Of a stretch of 64,000 bases of DNA, positions 1 to 9,208 are shown one piece after another (within the stretch, counting starts at the first letter, position 1; each line of letters starts with the position of its first letter). The translations under genes and the position numbers were made by a program. The notes beneath the pieces were generated by a model that had not been told where the DNA came from, did not search any database, and saw only the letters and a list, made by a program, of their open reading frames with translations. This DNA comes from an uncultured Oleiharenicola sp. (GTDB lineage: Bacteria; Verrucomicrobiota; Verrucomicrobiia; Opitutales; Opitutaceae). The stretch is from the NCBI GenBank assembly GCA_964481095.1, contig CAYZSN010000210.1, positions 3,705 to 67,704 on the forward strand, written 5' to 3'.

Positions 1-97
1 CCGCCGCAACGGCGGTCGTCGCGGTGACCAGGCTGTAGGCCGGCGGCCGGAAGTCCTCCCCGCGCTTCTCCCTCGGTTCTCGGCTCTGGTTCGGCAT
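1..97 (-). CDS. 5' end of an unknown gene running off the left edge (MPNQSREPREKRGEDFRPPAYSLVTATTAVAA...)
   Basis: ATG at 97-95 on the minus strand, open to the window edge, divergent from the his operon; no homology recognisable. Confidence 0.35.
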   Translation of the reverse strand, partial: MPNQSREPREKRGEDFRPPAYSLVTATTAVAA

Positions 98-217
98 GGC
101 GGGCGGGCGTTGGCCCGGACGTGGTTACGGTGTTTGCCTTGTCTGCTCCCGCAACCGGAATGCAGAAAAAACTTGCCCCGACCCGCCTTCCCGGGCTTCT
201 TCGCGGCCTCGATCGCC

Positions 218-253
218 ATGATCTTCAACCATCATCACCACCACGAAGCATAG
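218..253 (+). CDS. hisL: histidine operon leader peptide MIFNHHHHHEA
   Basis: ATG ATC TTC AAC CAT CAT CAC CAC CAC GAA GCA TAG: five tandem His codons, 187 nt upstream of hisG. Confidence 0.9.
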   Translation: MIFNHHHHHEA

Positions 254-310
254 CCTTCCCTCGCGGGGAAGGCCTGGATGTGCCTTCCCTGGGTGATGAA
301 ACCGATTTTG

Positions 311-348
311 AAACCCCGGCTGGCATGTCCCGCCGGGGTTTTTATTTT
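311..348 (+). terminator. attenuator intrinsic terminator
   Basis: AAACCCCGGC / GCCGGGGTTT stem followed by TTATTTT. Confidence 0.9.
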
Positions 349-440
349 CCCCGGCATAAGGCCGCCCCGCGCTTGGCATCCCTGCCGCCGCATTCTCCAC
401 TCATCCCTTCTCCCCTTTCACCCTCCCTTTCACTTCCGCC

Positions 441-1343
441 ATGCCTCCCGCCAACCTCCCCAAAGACCGCCTCCGCCTCGCCATCCAGAAGAGCGGCCGC
501 CTTTCCACGGACTCCCTCGACCTGCTCAAGGCCTGCGGCATCAAGATCAAGTCGCCCAAGGAGAAGCTCCTCCTCCATGCCGACAACTTCCCCCTCGACC
601 TGCTCTTCGTCCGTGACGACGACATCCCGCAGCTCGTCATGGACGGCGTGTGCGACCTCGGCATCGTCGGCCAGAACGTCCTCGAGGAATCCGCCCTCGA
701 GCGCGGCACCACCAGCGCCTACGTCGCCGAGCGCGTGCTCGACTTCGGCGGCTGCCGCCTCGCCATCGCCCTCCCCGAGGAGCGCCCGTACAACGGCCTC
801 AGGGACTTCGCCGGCCAGCGCATCGCCACGTCCTACCCGCAGCTCACCAGGCGCTACTTCGCCGAAAAGGGCGTGAAGGCCGAGATCGTGACGCTCAGCG
901 GCTCCGTCGAGATCGCCCCGCGCCTCGGCCTCGCCGACGCGATCTGCGACCTCGTCTCCAGCGGCTCCACGCTCGAGGCCAACAAGCTCCGCGCGGTCGA
1001 GACGATCTTCCAGAGCACCGCGACCCTCATCCGCAACGCCCGCCCGCTCAACGCCGAGAAGGCCCACGCTCTCGAGATCGTGCTGTCCCGCCTCGACGGC
1101 GTGCAGAAGGCCGCCGGCACGAAGTACATCATGCTCCACGCCCCCAAGGCGAACCTGCCGGAGATCCGCAAGCTCCTGCCGGGTTCGGAGAATCCCACCA
1201 TCCTCCCGCTCGCGGGCGACGAATCCAAGGTCGCCCTCCACGCCGTCTGCTCCGAGGACGTCTTCTGGGAAACCATGGACGCCCTCAAGAAGGCCGGCGC
1301 CTCCAGCATCCTCGTGCTCCCGATCGAGAAGATGATGCTCTGA
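441..1343 (+). CDS. hisG: ATP phosphoribosyltransferase (long form)
   Basis: LAIQKSGRL, RDDDIP, GSVEIAPRLGLADAICDLVSSGSTL; C-terminal ASSILVLPIEK regulatory domain. Confidence 0.97.
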   Translation: MPPANLPKDRLRLAIQKSGRLSTDSLDLLKACGIKIKSPKEKLLLHADNFPLDLLFVRDDDIPQLVMDGVCDLGIVGQNVLEESALERGTTSAYVAERVLDFGGCRLAIALPEERPYNGLRDFAGQRIATSYPQLTRRYFAEKGVKAEIVTLSGSVEIAPRLGLADAICDLVSSGSTLEANKLRAVETIFQSTATLIRNARPLNAEKAHALEIVLSRLDGVQKAAGTKYIMLHAPKANLPEIRKLLPGSENPTILPLAGDESKVALHAVCSEDVFWETMDALKKAGASSILVLPIEKMML

Positions 1344-1356
1344 TGAATTTTTATCC

Positions 1357-1436
1357 TGTCATTGCGAGGAGCGTAGCGACGAAGCAATCCATCTAGCTGG
1401 ATCGCCACGCCCGGCTTCGCCGGACTCGCGATGACA
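1357..1436. repeat. palindromic REP/RPE-like element (TGTCATTGCGAG...CTCGCGATGACA)
   Basis: Imperfect 12-bp terminal inverted repeat with inner GCGACGAAGCAATCC / GGATCGCCACGC arms, between hisG and hisD. Confidence 0.8.
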
Positions 1437-1444
1437 AACTGAAA

Positions 1445-2740
1445 ATGAAGCCCCTCACTTGGAAATCCCTCTCCGCCGCCCAACGCCGCGCCGCGCTCCA
1501 GCGCCCGGCGCAGTCGGCGCAGAAGCGGACGGCCCTCGTGGTCGCGGGCATCCTGAAGCTGGTGCGGAAGGGCGGCGACCGCGCGCTGCTCAAGATCACG
1601 GCGAAGTTCGACCGCATCAGGCTGCGCTCCCTCCGCGTCAGCGCCGCCGAGTTCGCCGCCGCCGAAAAGGCGCTTTCTCCCTCTGACCGCGCGGCCCTCA
1701 AGCGCGCCTACGCCAACATTCGCCGCTTCCACCTCGCCCAGCGCCCCGCGCCGGTGCGGGTCGAGACGATGCCCGGCGTCGTGTGCGAAAAGGTCACGCG
1801 GCCCATCGAACGCGTCGGCCTCTACGTCCCGGGCGGCAGCGCCCCGCTTTTCTCCACCGCGCTCATGCTCGGCGTGCCGTCGCAGATCGCGGGCAATCCG
1901 GTGCGCGTGCTCTGCACGCCGCCCGGCCGCGACGGCCGGGTCAGCCCGTGGATTCTTTGCGCGGCGCGGTTGTGTGGCATCCGCGACGTCTTCAAGCTCG
2001 GTGGCGCACAGGCGATCGCCGCGATGGCGTACGGCACCGCGACGATCCCGAAGTGCGACAAGCTCTTCGGCCCGGGCAACGCGTTCGTCACGGAGGCCAA
2101 GCTCCAGGTGTCGCGCGACACCGCCGCCATCGACCTGCCGGCCGGCCCGTCGGAGGTGATGGTGATCGCGGACAATTCCGCCGACCCCGCCTTCGTCGCC
2201 GCCGACCTGCTCTCGCAGGCCGAACACGGCCCGGATTCCCAGGTGATGCTCCTCGCTTTCTCCACGAAATTCGCCGCCCGCGTGCAGGCCGAGGTCGCCG
2301 CGCAGCTGGCGCTGCTTCCCCGTGTCGCCATCGCCGCCGAGGCGCTGAACAAAAGCCGCATCCTCATCGCGTCCTCGCCCGCCGAGGCCGTGGAGATCGC
2401 CAACCGCTACGCGCCCGAGCACCTCATCCTGCAGGTCGAAAGGCCGCGCGCGCTGCTGCCGAAGATCTCGACCGCCGGCTCCGTCTTTGTCGGCGACTGG
2501 ACGCCCGAATCGCTCGGCGACTACGCCAGCGGCACCAACCACGTCCTGCCGACCTATGGCTGGGCGCGCGCGTGCTCCGGCCTGGGCCTGGCCGATTTCC
2601 AGCGCACCATGACCGTCCAGGAAGCCTCGCCACGCGGTTTGAAAAAGCTCGGCCCCGTCGTCGAACGCCTAGCCGCCGCGGAGAACCTCGTCGCCCACCG
2701 CCGGGCGGTCACCGTCCGCCTCCAGAAACTTTCCCGATGA
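1445..2740 (+). CDS. hisD: histidinol dehydrogenase
   Basis: GLYVPGG, GGAQAIAAMAYG, IDLPAGPSEV, DLLSQAEHG, GDYASGTNHVLPT. Confidence 0.97.
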   Translation: MKPLTWKSLSAAQRRAALQRPAQSAQKRTALVVAGILKLVRKGGDRALLKITAKFDRIRLRSLRVSAAEFAAAEKALSPSDRAALKRAYANIRRFHLAQRPAPVRVETMPGVVCEKVTRPIERVGLYVPGGSAPLFSTALMLGVPSQIAGNPVRVLCTPPGRDGRVSPWILCAARLCGIRDVFKLGGAQAIAAMAYGTATIPKCDKLFGPGNAFVTEAKLQVSRDTAAIDLPAGPSEVMVIADNSADPAFVAADLLSQAEHGPDSQVMLLAFSTKFAARVQAEVAAQLALLPRVAIAAEALNKSRILIASSPAEAVEIANRYAPEHLILQVERPRALLPKISTAGSVFVGDWTPESLGDYASGTNHVLPTYGWARACSGLGLADFQRTMTVQEASPRGLKKLGPVVERLAAAENLVAHRRAVTVRLQKLSR

Positions 2741-3801
2741 GCCCCGTCGAACAAGTCCTCGCCCTTGTGCGCCCCGAGATCCTCGCGCTCGCGCCCTACA
2801 GCTCCGCCCGCAAGGAGGCGAAGGGCGGGCGCGTCTGGCTCGACGCCAACGAAAATCCCGTGACGCCGTCGGCGAACAAGCCGCTGTTCAACCGCTATCC
2901 GGAGCCGCAGCCGTCCGACCTGGTCGCGAAGCTCGCGGCCCTTTACGGCGCCGCGACGGACCGGTGCCTCGTGACCCGTGGGTCCGACGAGGGCATCGAC
3001 CTGCTCCTGCGCACGTTCTGCCGCGCCGGCCGGGACGCCATCCTCATCACGCCGCCAACTTACGGCATGTATATTGTTGCCGCCGGCATCCAGAACGCCG
3101 CGGTCGTCACCGTGCCGCTCGTCCGCGAGCAGAACTTCGCGCTCGATGCCGACGCCGTGCTGAAGGGCGTGACGCCGGCGGTGAAGATCGTCTTCCTCTG
3201 CTCGCCCAACAACCCGACGGGCGGCCTGCTCGAGCGCGCCGCGGTCATGAAGGTCGTGCGCGCCCTCGCCGGCCGCGCGATCGTCGCGGTGGACGAGGCC
3301 TACGTGGATTTCTCCGGCCAGCCGAGCCTCGCGGTCGAGATTCCGGCGAACCCGAATCTCGTCATCCTGCGCACGCTTTCGAAGGCCTTCGGCCTCGCCG
3401 GCGCCCGCGTCGGCACGACCATCGCCGACCCGGCCGTCATCGCCGTGCTGCAGAAGGTCATCGCGCCCTACCCGATCCCTTCGCCGGTGCTCGTCGCCGC
3501 GCTCGCCGCGCTCACGCCCGGGGGCCTCGCCGCCGCCCGGCAGTCGGTCGCCACGCTCGTCGCCGAGCGCACCCGCCTCGCGGCCGCGCTCGCGCAGCTG
3601 CCGGTCGTGAAGCAGGTCTGGCCGAGCGACGCCAATTACGTGCTCATCGCCGTCCCCGATGCCGCCAAGGCCATGGCCGCCGCCCGGAACACGGGCGTGA
3701 TCTGGCGCGACCGCAGCAAGGACGTCCCGAACACCATCCGCATCACCGTCGGCACCGCCGCCGAAAACAACGAAACCCTGGAGGTTCTGTCCCGTGTGTG
3801 A
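2737..3801 (+). CDS. hisC: histidinol-phosphate aminotransferase
   Basis: ATGA overlap with hisD; LDANENP, NRYP, GSDEGID, CSPNNPTG, LRTLSKAFGLAGARVG. Confidence 0.96.
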   Translation: MSPVEQVLALVRPEILALAPYSSARKEAKGGRVWLDANENPVTPSANKPLFNRYPEPQPSDLVAKLAALYGAATDRCLVTRGSDEGIDLLLRTFCRAGRDAILITPPTYGMYIVAAGIQNAAVVTVPLVREQNFALDADAVLKGVTPAVKIVFLCSPNNPTGGLLERAAVMKVVRALAGRAIVAVDEAYVDFSGQPSLAVEIPANPNLVILRTLSKAFGLAGARVGTTIADPAVIAVLQKVIAPYPIPSPVLVAALAALTPGGLAAARQSVATLVAERTRLAAALAQLPVVKQVWPSDANYVLIAVPDAAKAMAAARNTGVIWRDRSKDVPNTIRITVGTAAENNETLEVLSRV

Positions 3802-3816
3802 GGATTCGGCATTGCT

Positions 3817-3880
3817 GGTAGGGCGAGTCCTCCGGACGAGCCGTTCCCTCCCGCGGCTCATCGGGACGATTCGCCCTACC
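3817..3880. repeat. GTAG-type REP inverted doublet (GGTAGGGCGA...TCGCCCTACC)
   Basis: 10-bp perfect outer inverted repeat plus inner GAGCCG/CGGCTC arms, between hisC and hisB. Confidence 0.8.
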
Positions 3881-3901
3881 CTTTAAGCCAGGAAAACAGC
3901 C

Positions 3902-4966
3902 ATGAAAAAAATCCTGTTCCTCGACCGCGACGGCACCCTCCTCACCGAGCCCGCCGACCAGCAGATCGACCGCCTCGACAAGTTCGCCCTTGAGCCCGAG
4001 GCGATCCCCGCGCTGCGCCGCCTGCGCGACGCGGGCTACACGTTCGTCATGGTGACCAACCAGGACGGCCTCGGCACGCCGAGCTTCCGCGAGTCCGAAT
4101 TCCGCCCGCTGCAGAACCTGCTGATCGACATCCTCGCCTCGCAGGGCATCGCCTTCGAGGCCGTGCGCGTGTGCCCGCACACCACCGCGGACCGCTGTGA
4201 TTGCCGCAAGCCGAAGGTCGGGCTGCTGCTCGACTACCTCAAGGACACCTCCTGGTCGCGCGAAGGCTCCTATGTGATCGGCGACCGCGAGACCGACCTC
4301 CAGCTCGCGACCAACCTCGGCGTGCAAGGCCTGCGTTATAACCAGAAGACCCTCGGCTGGACGGAAATCGCCCGCTCGATCGCCGACGCGCCGCGCCGCG
4401 CCGTCATCGCGCGCCAGACGAAGGAGACGAAGATTTCCGTCAGCGTGGACCTCGATGCCGCGGCCCCGGCGAAGTTCGCCACCGGCCTCGGCTTCTTCGA
4501 CCACATGCTCGACCAGATCGCACGCAACGCCGGCATCAGCCTCGTCATCGAGTGCACCGGCGACCTGCACATCGACGAACATCACACGGTCGAGGACGTC
4601 GGGCTCGCGCTCGGCGCCGCGCTCAAGCAGGCGCTCGGCGACAAGCGCGGCATCGGCCGCTACGGTTTCACCATGCCCATGGACGAGGCGAAGGCCGAGG
4701 TCGCGCTCGACCTCAGCGGCCGCCCGTACTTCGTGTTCGAGGGCCAGTTCCCGCGCGAGAACGTGGGGCAGCTGCCCAGCGAGCTCGTGCCGCACTTCTT
4801 CCAGTCGCTTGCGACCACGCTCGGCGCGACGCTCCACATGTCCGTGAAGGGCGACAACACCCACCACATGATCGAGGCCCTGTTCAAGGGCTTCGGCCGC
4901 GCCCTCAAGCCCGCCGTCGCGCGCGGCGCGGGCAGCGAGATCCCGAGCACCAAGGGCGTGCTTTGA
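3902..4966 (+). CDS. hisB: bifunctional histidinol-phosphatase / imidazoleglycerol-phosphate dehydratase (HisNB)
   Basis: N-terminal HAD motif FLDRDGTL, TNQDGLG, CDCRKPK; C-terminal FFDHML, DEHHTVED, NTHHMIEA, PSTKGVL. Confidence 0.97.
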   Translation: MKKILFLDRDGTLLTEPADQQIDRLDKFALEPEAIPALRRLRDAGYTFVMVTNQDGLGTPSFRESEFRPLQNLLIDILASQGIAFEAVRVCPHTTADRCDCRKPKVGLLLDYLKDTSWSREGSYVIGDRETDLQLATNLGVQGLRYNQKTLGWTEIARSIADAPRRAVIARQTKETKISVSVDLDAAAPAKFATGLGFFDHMLDQIARNAGISLVIECTGDLHIDEHHTVEDVGLALGAALKQALGDKRGIGRYGFTMPMDEAKAEVALDLSGRPYFVFEGQFPRENVGQLPSELVPHFFQSLATTLGATLHMSVKGDNTHHMIEALFKGFGRALKPAVARGAGSEIPSTKGVL

Positions 4967-5084
4967 AAATTCCAAACGCCAAATCCCAAATGCCAAAGAA
5001 ATCTCAAAATCCCGAAACCAAACCGAATTTCGAAACTTACTGTTTCGGGTTTGTTTGGAATTTGGAGCCTGTGATTTGGGATTT
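4967..5084. repeat. inverted heptamer-repeat element (AAATCCC-type / TTTGGGA-type arms)
   Basis: AAATTCC AAACGCC AAATCCC AAATGCC ... TTTGGAA TTTGGAG ... TTTGGGA TTT between hisB and hisH. Confidence 0.8.
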
Positions 5085-5108
5085 GCCCCCCACCGGAGGC
5101 CGTCGCTG

Positions 5109-5702
5109 ATGCTGGCCATAGTCGATAGTGGGGGGGCCAACATCGCCTCGGTGCGCTTCGCGCTCGAGCGGCTCGGCGTGCAGAGCGAACTCACGGCGGA
5201 CCCGGCGGTCATCCGCGGGGCGGAGCGCGTCATCCTGCCGGGCGTCGGCTCGGCGCCGGAGGGCATGAAGCGCCTGCAGGCGAAGGGCCTCGTCGAATGC
5301 GTGCGCGGACTCCAGCAGCCCGTGCTCGGCATCTGCCTCGGCATGCAGCTCCTTTTCGAATCCTCCGCGGAAGGCTCCACGCCTTCGCTCGGCGTGATTC
5401 CCGGCAAGGTGGCGCTCCTCCCCGAGTCGCCCGGCATCACGGTGCCGCACATGGGTTGGAACACCCTGTCGATCCGCACTGCGACGCCGCTGCTCGCCGG
5501 CTTCGATGCGGGCACGCGCTTTTATTTCGTCCACAGCTTCGCCGGCCCGGTGAACGGGTTCACGCTGGCCTCGTGCGAGCACGGCTCGGCTTTCGCGGCC
5601 GTCGTCCGCCGCGGCAACTTCTGGGGCGCGCAGTTCCACCCCGAGCGTTCCGGCGCGGCCGGCGCGCGCTTCCTGAAAAACTTCCTGGAGCTGCCCGTAT
5701 GA
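5109..5702 (+). CDS. hisH: imidazole glycerol phosphate synthase glutaminase subunit
   Basis: MLAIVDSGGANIASV, ILPGVG, GICLGMQLL, VPHMGWN, YFVHS, QFHPERS. Confidence 0.96.
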   Translation: MLAIVDSGGANIASVRFALERLGVQSELTADPAVIRGAERVILPGVGSAPEGMKRLQAKGLVECVRGLQQPVLGICLGMQLLFESSAEGSTPSLGVIPGKVALLPESPGITVPHMGWNTLSIRTATPLLAGFDAGTRFYFVHSFAGPVNGFTLASCEHGSAFAAVVRRGNFWGAQFHPERSGAAGARFLKNFLELPV

Positions 5703-5711
5703 CCAACCCGG

Positions 5712-5734
5712 TTTGTAACGTATTATATTACAAA
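5712..5734. repeat. 23-bp AT-rich palindrome TTTGTAACGTATTATATTACAAA (copy 1)
   Basis: Identical copy at 39552-39574; reverse copy with 1 mismatch at 27615-27637. Confidence 0.85.
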
Positions 5735-5748
5735 GGGGCTTCGGACCT

Positions 5749-6477
5749 ATGATCATCTATCCCGCCATCGACCTGCGCGGCGGCCGCGTCGTGCGCCTCA
5801 CCGAGGGCAGGTTCGACCAGGAGAAATCCTACGGCGACGACCCGCTCGCGGTCGCCCGGGGCTTCAAGGCCTCCGGCGCGACCTGGCTGCACGTCGTCGA
5901 CCTTGACGGCGCGAAGGATCCGGCGAAGCGCCAGACCGCGCTGGTGGAAAAGCTCGCCCGCGAGAGCGGCCTGCGCGTCCAGACGGGCGGCGGCATCCGC
6001 GACGAGGCCCAGGTGGCCGCACTGCTCGGCGCCGGTGTGCAGCGCGTCATCGTCGGCAGCCTCGCAGTGCGCTCGCCCGACCTCGTGCGCGGCTGGCTGA
6101 AGAAATTCGGCGCGGAGCAGATCATCCTCTCGCCCGACGTCCGCGTCGATGCCGCCGGCATCCCGCGCATCGCCGCGGCCGGCTGGCAGGAAACCACGGG
6201 CGTCGCGCTCAACGATTTCCTCACCAGCCACCTCGCCGCGGGCCTGAAGCACATCCTCTGCACCGACATCAGCCGCGACGGCAAGCTGACCGGCCCCAAT
6301 GCCGCGCTGTATGCGCAGCTCGTGACCGACTTTCCCGCGCTGCAGATCCAGGCCTCGGGCGGCGTGGCGTCGCTTGACGACCTGCGCGGGCTCAAGACCA
6401 CCGGTTCCGCCGGCGCGATCGTCGGCCGCGCGCTGTACGAAAACAAATTCACGCTCCAGGAGGCCCTCGCATGCTAG
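5749..6477 (+). CDS. hisA: ProFAR isomerase
   Basis: [35 protein letters not shown]. Confidence 0.96.
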   Translation: MIIYPAIDLRGGRVVRLTEGRFDQEKSYGDDPLAVARGFKASGATWLHVVDLDGAKDPAKRQTALVEKLARESGLRVQTGGGIRDEAQVAALLGAGVQRVIVGSLAVRSPDLVRGWLKKFGAEQIILSPDVRVDAAGIPRIAAAGWQETTGVALNDFLTSHLAAGLKHILCTDISRDGKLTGPNAALYAQLVTDFPALQIQASGGVASLDDLRGLKTTGSAGAIVGRALYENKFTLQEALAC

Positions 6478-7238
6478 CGCGTCGTTTAATTCCCTGCCTC
6501 GACGTGCGCGACGGCCGCGTGGTCAAGGGCGTCCAGTTTCGCAACCACGTCGACATGGGCGACATCATCGAGCTCGCGTCGCGGTACCGCGATTCGGGCG
6601 CCGACGAGCTGGTCTTTTACGACATCACCGCCAGCAGCGACGGCCGCACCGTGTCCGCCGACTGGGTGACGCGCGTCGCGAAGGTCATCGACATCCCCTT
6701 CTGCGTCGCCGGCGGCATCCGCTCGCTCGACGACGCCCGCCGCCTGCTGCACAGCGGCGCGGACAAGGTCTCGCTCAACTCCCCCGCCATCGAGAATCCC
6801 GACCTGATCGGCCGGCTCGCGGCCGAATTCGGCTCGCAGTGCGTGGTCGTCGGCATCGACAGCCGCGCGGAGAATGGCGACTACTTCGTGAAGCAGTTCA
6901 CCGGCGACCCGGACAAGACCCGTGCCACCCGCTGGCGCACGGTCGACTGGGCCCGCGAGGCGCAGAAGCTCGGCGCCGGCGAGGTCGTGCTCAACTGCAT
7001 GAACCAGGACGGCGAGCGCAAGGGCTACGACCTCGCGCAGCTCAAGCTCGTCCGCGCCGTGCTCACCGTTCCGCTCGTCGCCTCCGGCGGCGCGGGCGCG
7101 CCGGCACACTTCCGCGACGTCTTCCGCGACGCCGGCGTCGATGCCGCCTTGGCGGCGTCCGTCTTCCACAGCGGCGCGATTCCCATTCCCTCGCTTAAAC
7201 AGTACCTCGCCACCGAAGGCGTGATCGTACGTCCCTGA
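6471..7238 (+). CDS. hisF: imidazole glycerol phosphate synthase cyclase subunit
   Basis: [42 protein letters not shown]. Confidence 0.97.
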   Translation: MLARRLIPCLDVRDGRVVKGVQFRNHVDMGDIIELASRYRDSGADELVFYDITASSDGRTVSADWVTRVAKVIDIPFCVAGGIRSLDDARRLLHSGADKVSLNSPAIENPDLIGRLAAEFGSQCVVVGIDSRAENGDYFVKQFTGDPDKTRATRWRTVDWAREAQKLGAGEVVLNCMNQDGERKGYDLAQLKLVRAVLTVPLVASGGAGAPAHFRDVFRDAGVDAALAASVFHSGAIPIPSLKQYLATEGVIVRP

Positions 7239-7240
7239 TC

Positions 7241-7325
7241 TGGGCACCACTAATCCACCCTCATCTCTCACTAATCCGAACCCAAAAACCATTAGTGTCC
7301 CCTTAGTGTGACTTAGTGGTGCCCA
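7241..7325. repeat. palindromic element TGGGCACCACTAA...TTAGTGGTGCCCA with internal CACTAA/TTAGTG repeats
   Basis: 13-bp perfect terminal inverted repeat between hisF and hisIE. Confidence 0.8.
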
Positions 7326-7335
7326 TCCGATTCCC

Positions 7336-7947
7336 ATGAAACTCCCGAAAATCGACTGGAAAAAGAACGACGGACTCGTGCCCGCCATCGTGCAGGACGC
7401 CGCCACGCTGCAGGTGCTCATGCTCGGCTACATGGACGCCGCCGCGCTGAAGCAGACGCTGCGCACGAAGAAGGTCACGTTCTTCAGCCGCTCGAAGCAG
7501 CGCCTGTGGACGAAGGGCGAGTCGTCGAAGAATTTCCTGCACCTCGTGGGCATCGAGGTCGACTGCGACAACGACACGCTGCTCGTGAAGGCGCACCCCG
7601 ACGGCCCGACGTGCCACCGCGGCACGACCAGCTGCTTCGGCGACGCGGGCGCGTCCGGCGTCGGCTTCCTCGCGCACCTCGATGAGGTCGTGGCCGCGCG
7701 CATCAAGAGCAAGGACAAGTCCAGCTACACCGTCCGCCTGGTGAAGGAAGGCGTGGCCCGCGTCGCCCAGAAGGTCGGCGAGGAAGGCGTGGAGACCGCG
7801 CTCGCCGCGATGCAGAAGGACAACCGGGAATTCGCCGGCGAGGCCGCCGACCTGCTCTATCACCTCATCGTCCTGCTCCGCGCGAAGAAACTCTCGCTCG
7901 CCGACGCCGTGGCCGTGCTCGAGCGGCGCCATGCGCCGAGGAAATAA
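7336..7947 (+). CDS. hisIE: bifunctional phosphoribosyl-AMP cyclohydrolase / phosphoribosyl-ATP pyrophosphatase
   Basis: LWTKGESS, DCDNDTLL, CHRGTTSCF; QKVGEEGVE, EAADLLYH. Confidence 0.96.
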   Translation: MKLPKIDWKKNDGLVPAIVQDAATLQVLMLGYMDAAALKQTLRTKKVTFFSRSKQRLWTKGESSKNFLHLVGIEVDCDNDTLLVKAHPDGPTCHRGTTSCFGDAGASGVGFLAHLDEVVAARIKSKDKSSYTVRLVKEGVARVAQKVGEEGVETALAAMQKDNREFAGEAADLLYHLIVLLRAKKLSLADAVAVLERRHAPRK

Positions 7948-7962
7948 CCCGGCGCCGGCGGC

Positions 7963-8532
7963 TTACTTTGGCGCCGGCGGCGGCGCATCCACCGCCGTGC
8001 CGGCGAACTTGAAGCGCACCTTGACCTCGGGATCGACGGTGATCAGGCCGGCCTTGCGGATCTTCTTCAGGCCCCAGTGGCGGTAATCGACCGTGGCCTC
8101 GCCCGTGATGGTGTACTCGCTGCCGGCGCGCTGCACGTTGATGGGGAATTCCACCAGCGCGCTGGTGCCGTGGAAGGTGAGGTTGCCGGTGACGCGGCCC
8201 TGGCCGTCGGGCGTGAGCGCGATGATGCCGATCTCGAACCTGCCGGCCGGGTCATCGCCGCCGAGCCACTTGAGCATCGCCTCGTCGCGGTCGGGCTTGC
8301 CGGTCTTGAGGTCCGCGAACTTGAACGCCAGCGAGCCGGTCTTGATGCGGTCCTTGGCGTCGATGCCCGCGGCCACCTCGTAGCGGTCGAGGTGCGCCGT
8401 GAACGACCCCACGGTGACACCCACGTCGACGTCCACATAGGAACGGCTCAGGTCGGCCTTGAGGATCTTGTCGGCGGCGGAAAGGGCGAGGGGCAACAGG
8501 AAGAGGAGGGCGAGCAAACGGACGCTTTTCAT
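7963..8532 (-). CDS. YceI-family secreted lipid/polyisoprenoid-binding protein
   Basis: Signal peptide MKSVRLLALLFLLPLALSA; LKTG..RD..M, GNLTFHG, VDYRHWGL. Confidence 0.75.
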   Translation of the reverse strand: MKSVRLLALLFLLPLALSAADKILKADLSRSYVDVDVGVTVGSFTAHLDRYEVAAGIDAKDRIKTGSLAFKFADLKTGKPDRDEAMLKWLGGDDPAGRFEIGIIALTPDGQGRVTGNLTFHGTSALVEFPINVQRAGSEYTITGEATVDYRHWGLKKIRKAGLITVDPEVKVRFKFAGTAVDAPPPAPK

Positions 8533-8599
8533 GGTGAAATGTAATGGAGACTCGCCTCGGAGACCGCAAATTCGCATTTTTGTGCCACTTGGATGCCGG

Positions 8600-8677
8600 G
8601 CTGAGAGGTGAAGGTTGAAAGTCCAAACCTTCCCTCCCCCAACCTGGCTTTCAACTTTCACCCCTCAACTTTCAACT
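8600..8677. repeat. inverted heptamer-repeat element (GTTGAAA / CTTTCAA family)
   Basis: GCTGAGA GGTGAAG GTTGAAA ... CTTTCAA CTTTCAC CCCTCAA CTTTCAA. Confidence 0.75.
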
Positions 8678-8702
8678 GCGCGGCGCCTGTCGCGCCCGCC
8701 TC

Positions 8703-9185
8703 ATGAGTTCCCCGCGCAAAACCGCCGACCAGTGGTTCGTCGAATATGGCGAAAGCCACCAGGACGACACCAACGAGCTGATCCACTGGATCTGCGTGCC
8801 GGTCATCTTCTGCTGTGTGCTCGGGCTGATCTGGTCGATCCCGGTGCCGGCGATCCTGTCCGGCCCGGCCCCGTGGTTCAACTGGACGCAGCCGGTGGCG
8901 CTGGCGGTCCTGCTTTTCCATATGCGGCTGTCTTTGCCGCTCGCCGTGGGATTGTTTGTTTTCATCGGCGTTTGCTACGGCCTGATCGAGTGGCACGCGG
9001 CGGCGCTGGCGTTCGCCGTGTGGAAGACCTGCCTCGTCCTGTTCGTGCTGGCGTGGATCGGCCAGTTCATCGGCCACAAGATCGAGGGCAAGAAGCCGTC
9101 GTTCCTGCACGACGTGGTTTTCCTGCTCATCGGCCCGGCGTGGCTGCTGCACTTCGTCTACCGGAAGCTCGGCCTGCGGTATTGA
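8703..9185 (+). CDS. DUF962/Mpo1-like membrane protein
   Basis: YGESHQ..N..IHWICVP; WIGQFIGHKIEGKKPSF. Confidence 0.85.
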   Translation: MSSPRKTADQWFVEYGESHQDDTNELIHWICVPVIFCCVLGLIWSIPVPAILSGPAPWFNWTQPVALAVLLFHMRLSLPLAVGLFVFIGVCYGLIEWHAAALAFAVWKTCLVLFVLAWIGQFIGHKIEGKKPSFLHDVVFLLIGPAWLLHFVYRKLGLRY

Positions 9186-9208
9186 ACCGCCGCGTTCCGC
9201 CCGGGCCT

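Larger units (their letters stand above)
218..348 (+). promoter_or_regulatory. His-leader transcriptional attenuator
   Basis: Mutually exclusive pairings: GCCTTCCC (253-260) or GCCTTCCC (282-289) with GGGAAGGC (266-273); TCATCACC (232-239) with GGTGATGA (292-299); GGATGTGCC (276-284) with the terminator loop GGCATGTCC (322-330). Confidence 0.85.

Noticed and set aside
5055..5108. Extended N-termini given by the ORF track for hisH (also glyQS, cyclase, rlmN, marC, nadC)
   Set aside because: The extensions run through intergenic repeat elements or upstream genes; homology begins at the downstream starts
5712..5734. 23-bp palindrome as the chromosomal dif site
   Set aside because: Three copies within 34 kb, and it lacks the 11-6-11 XerC/XerD layout; only a partial arm resemblance
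8573..8590. Sigma54-like TGGCAC...TGC upstream of the YceI gene
   Set aside because: GG-to-GC spacing is 9 nt rather than the required 10
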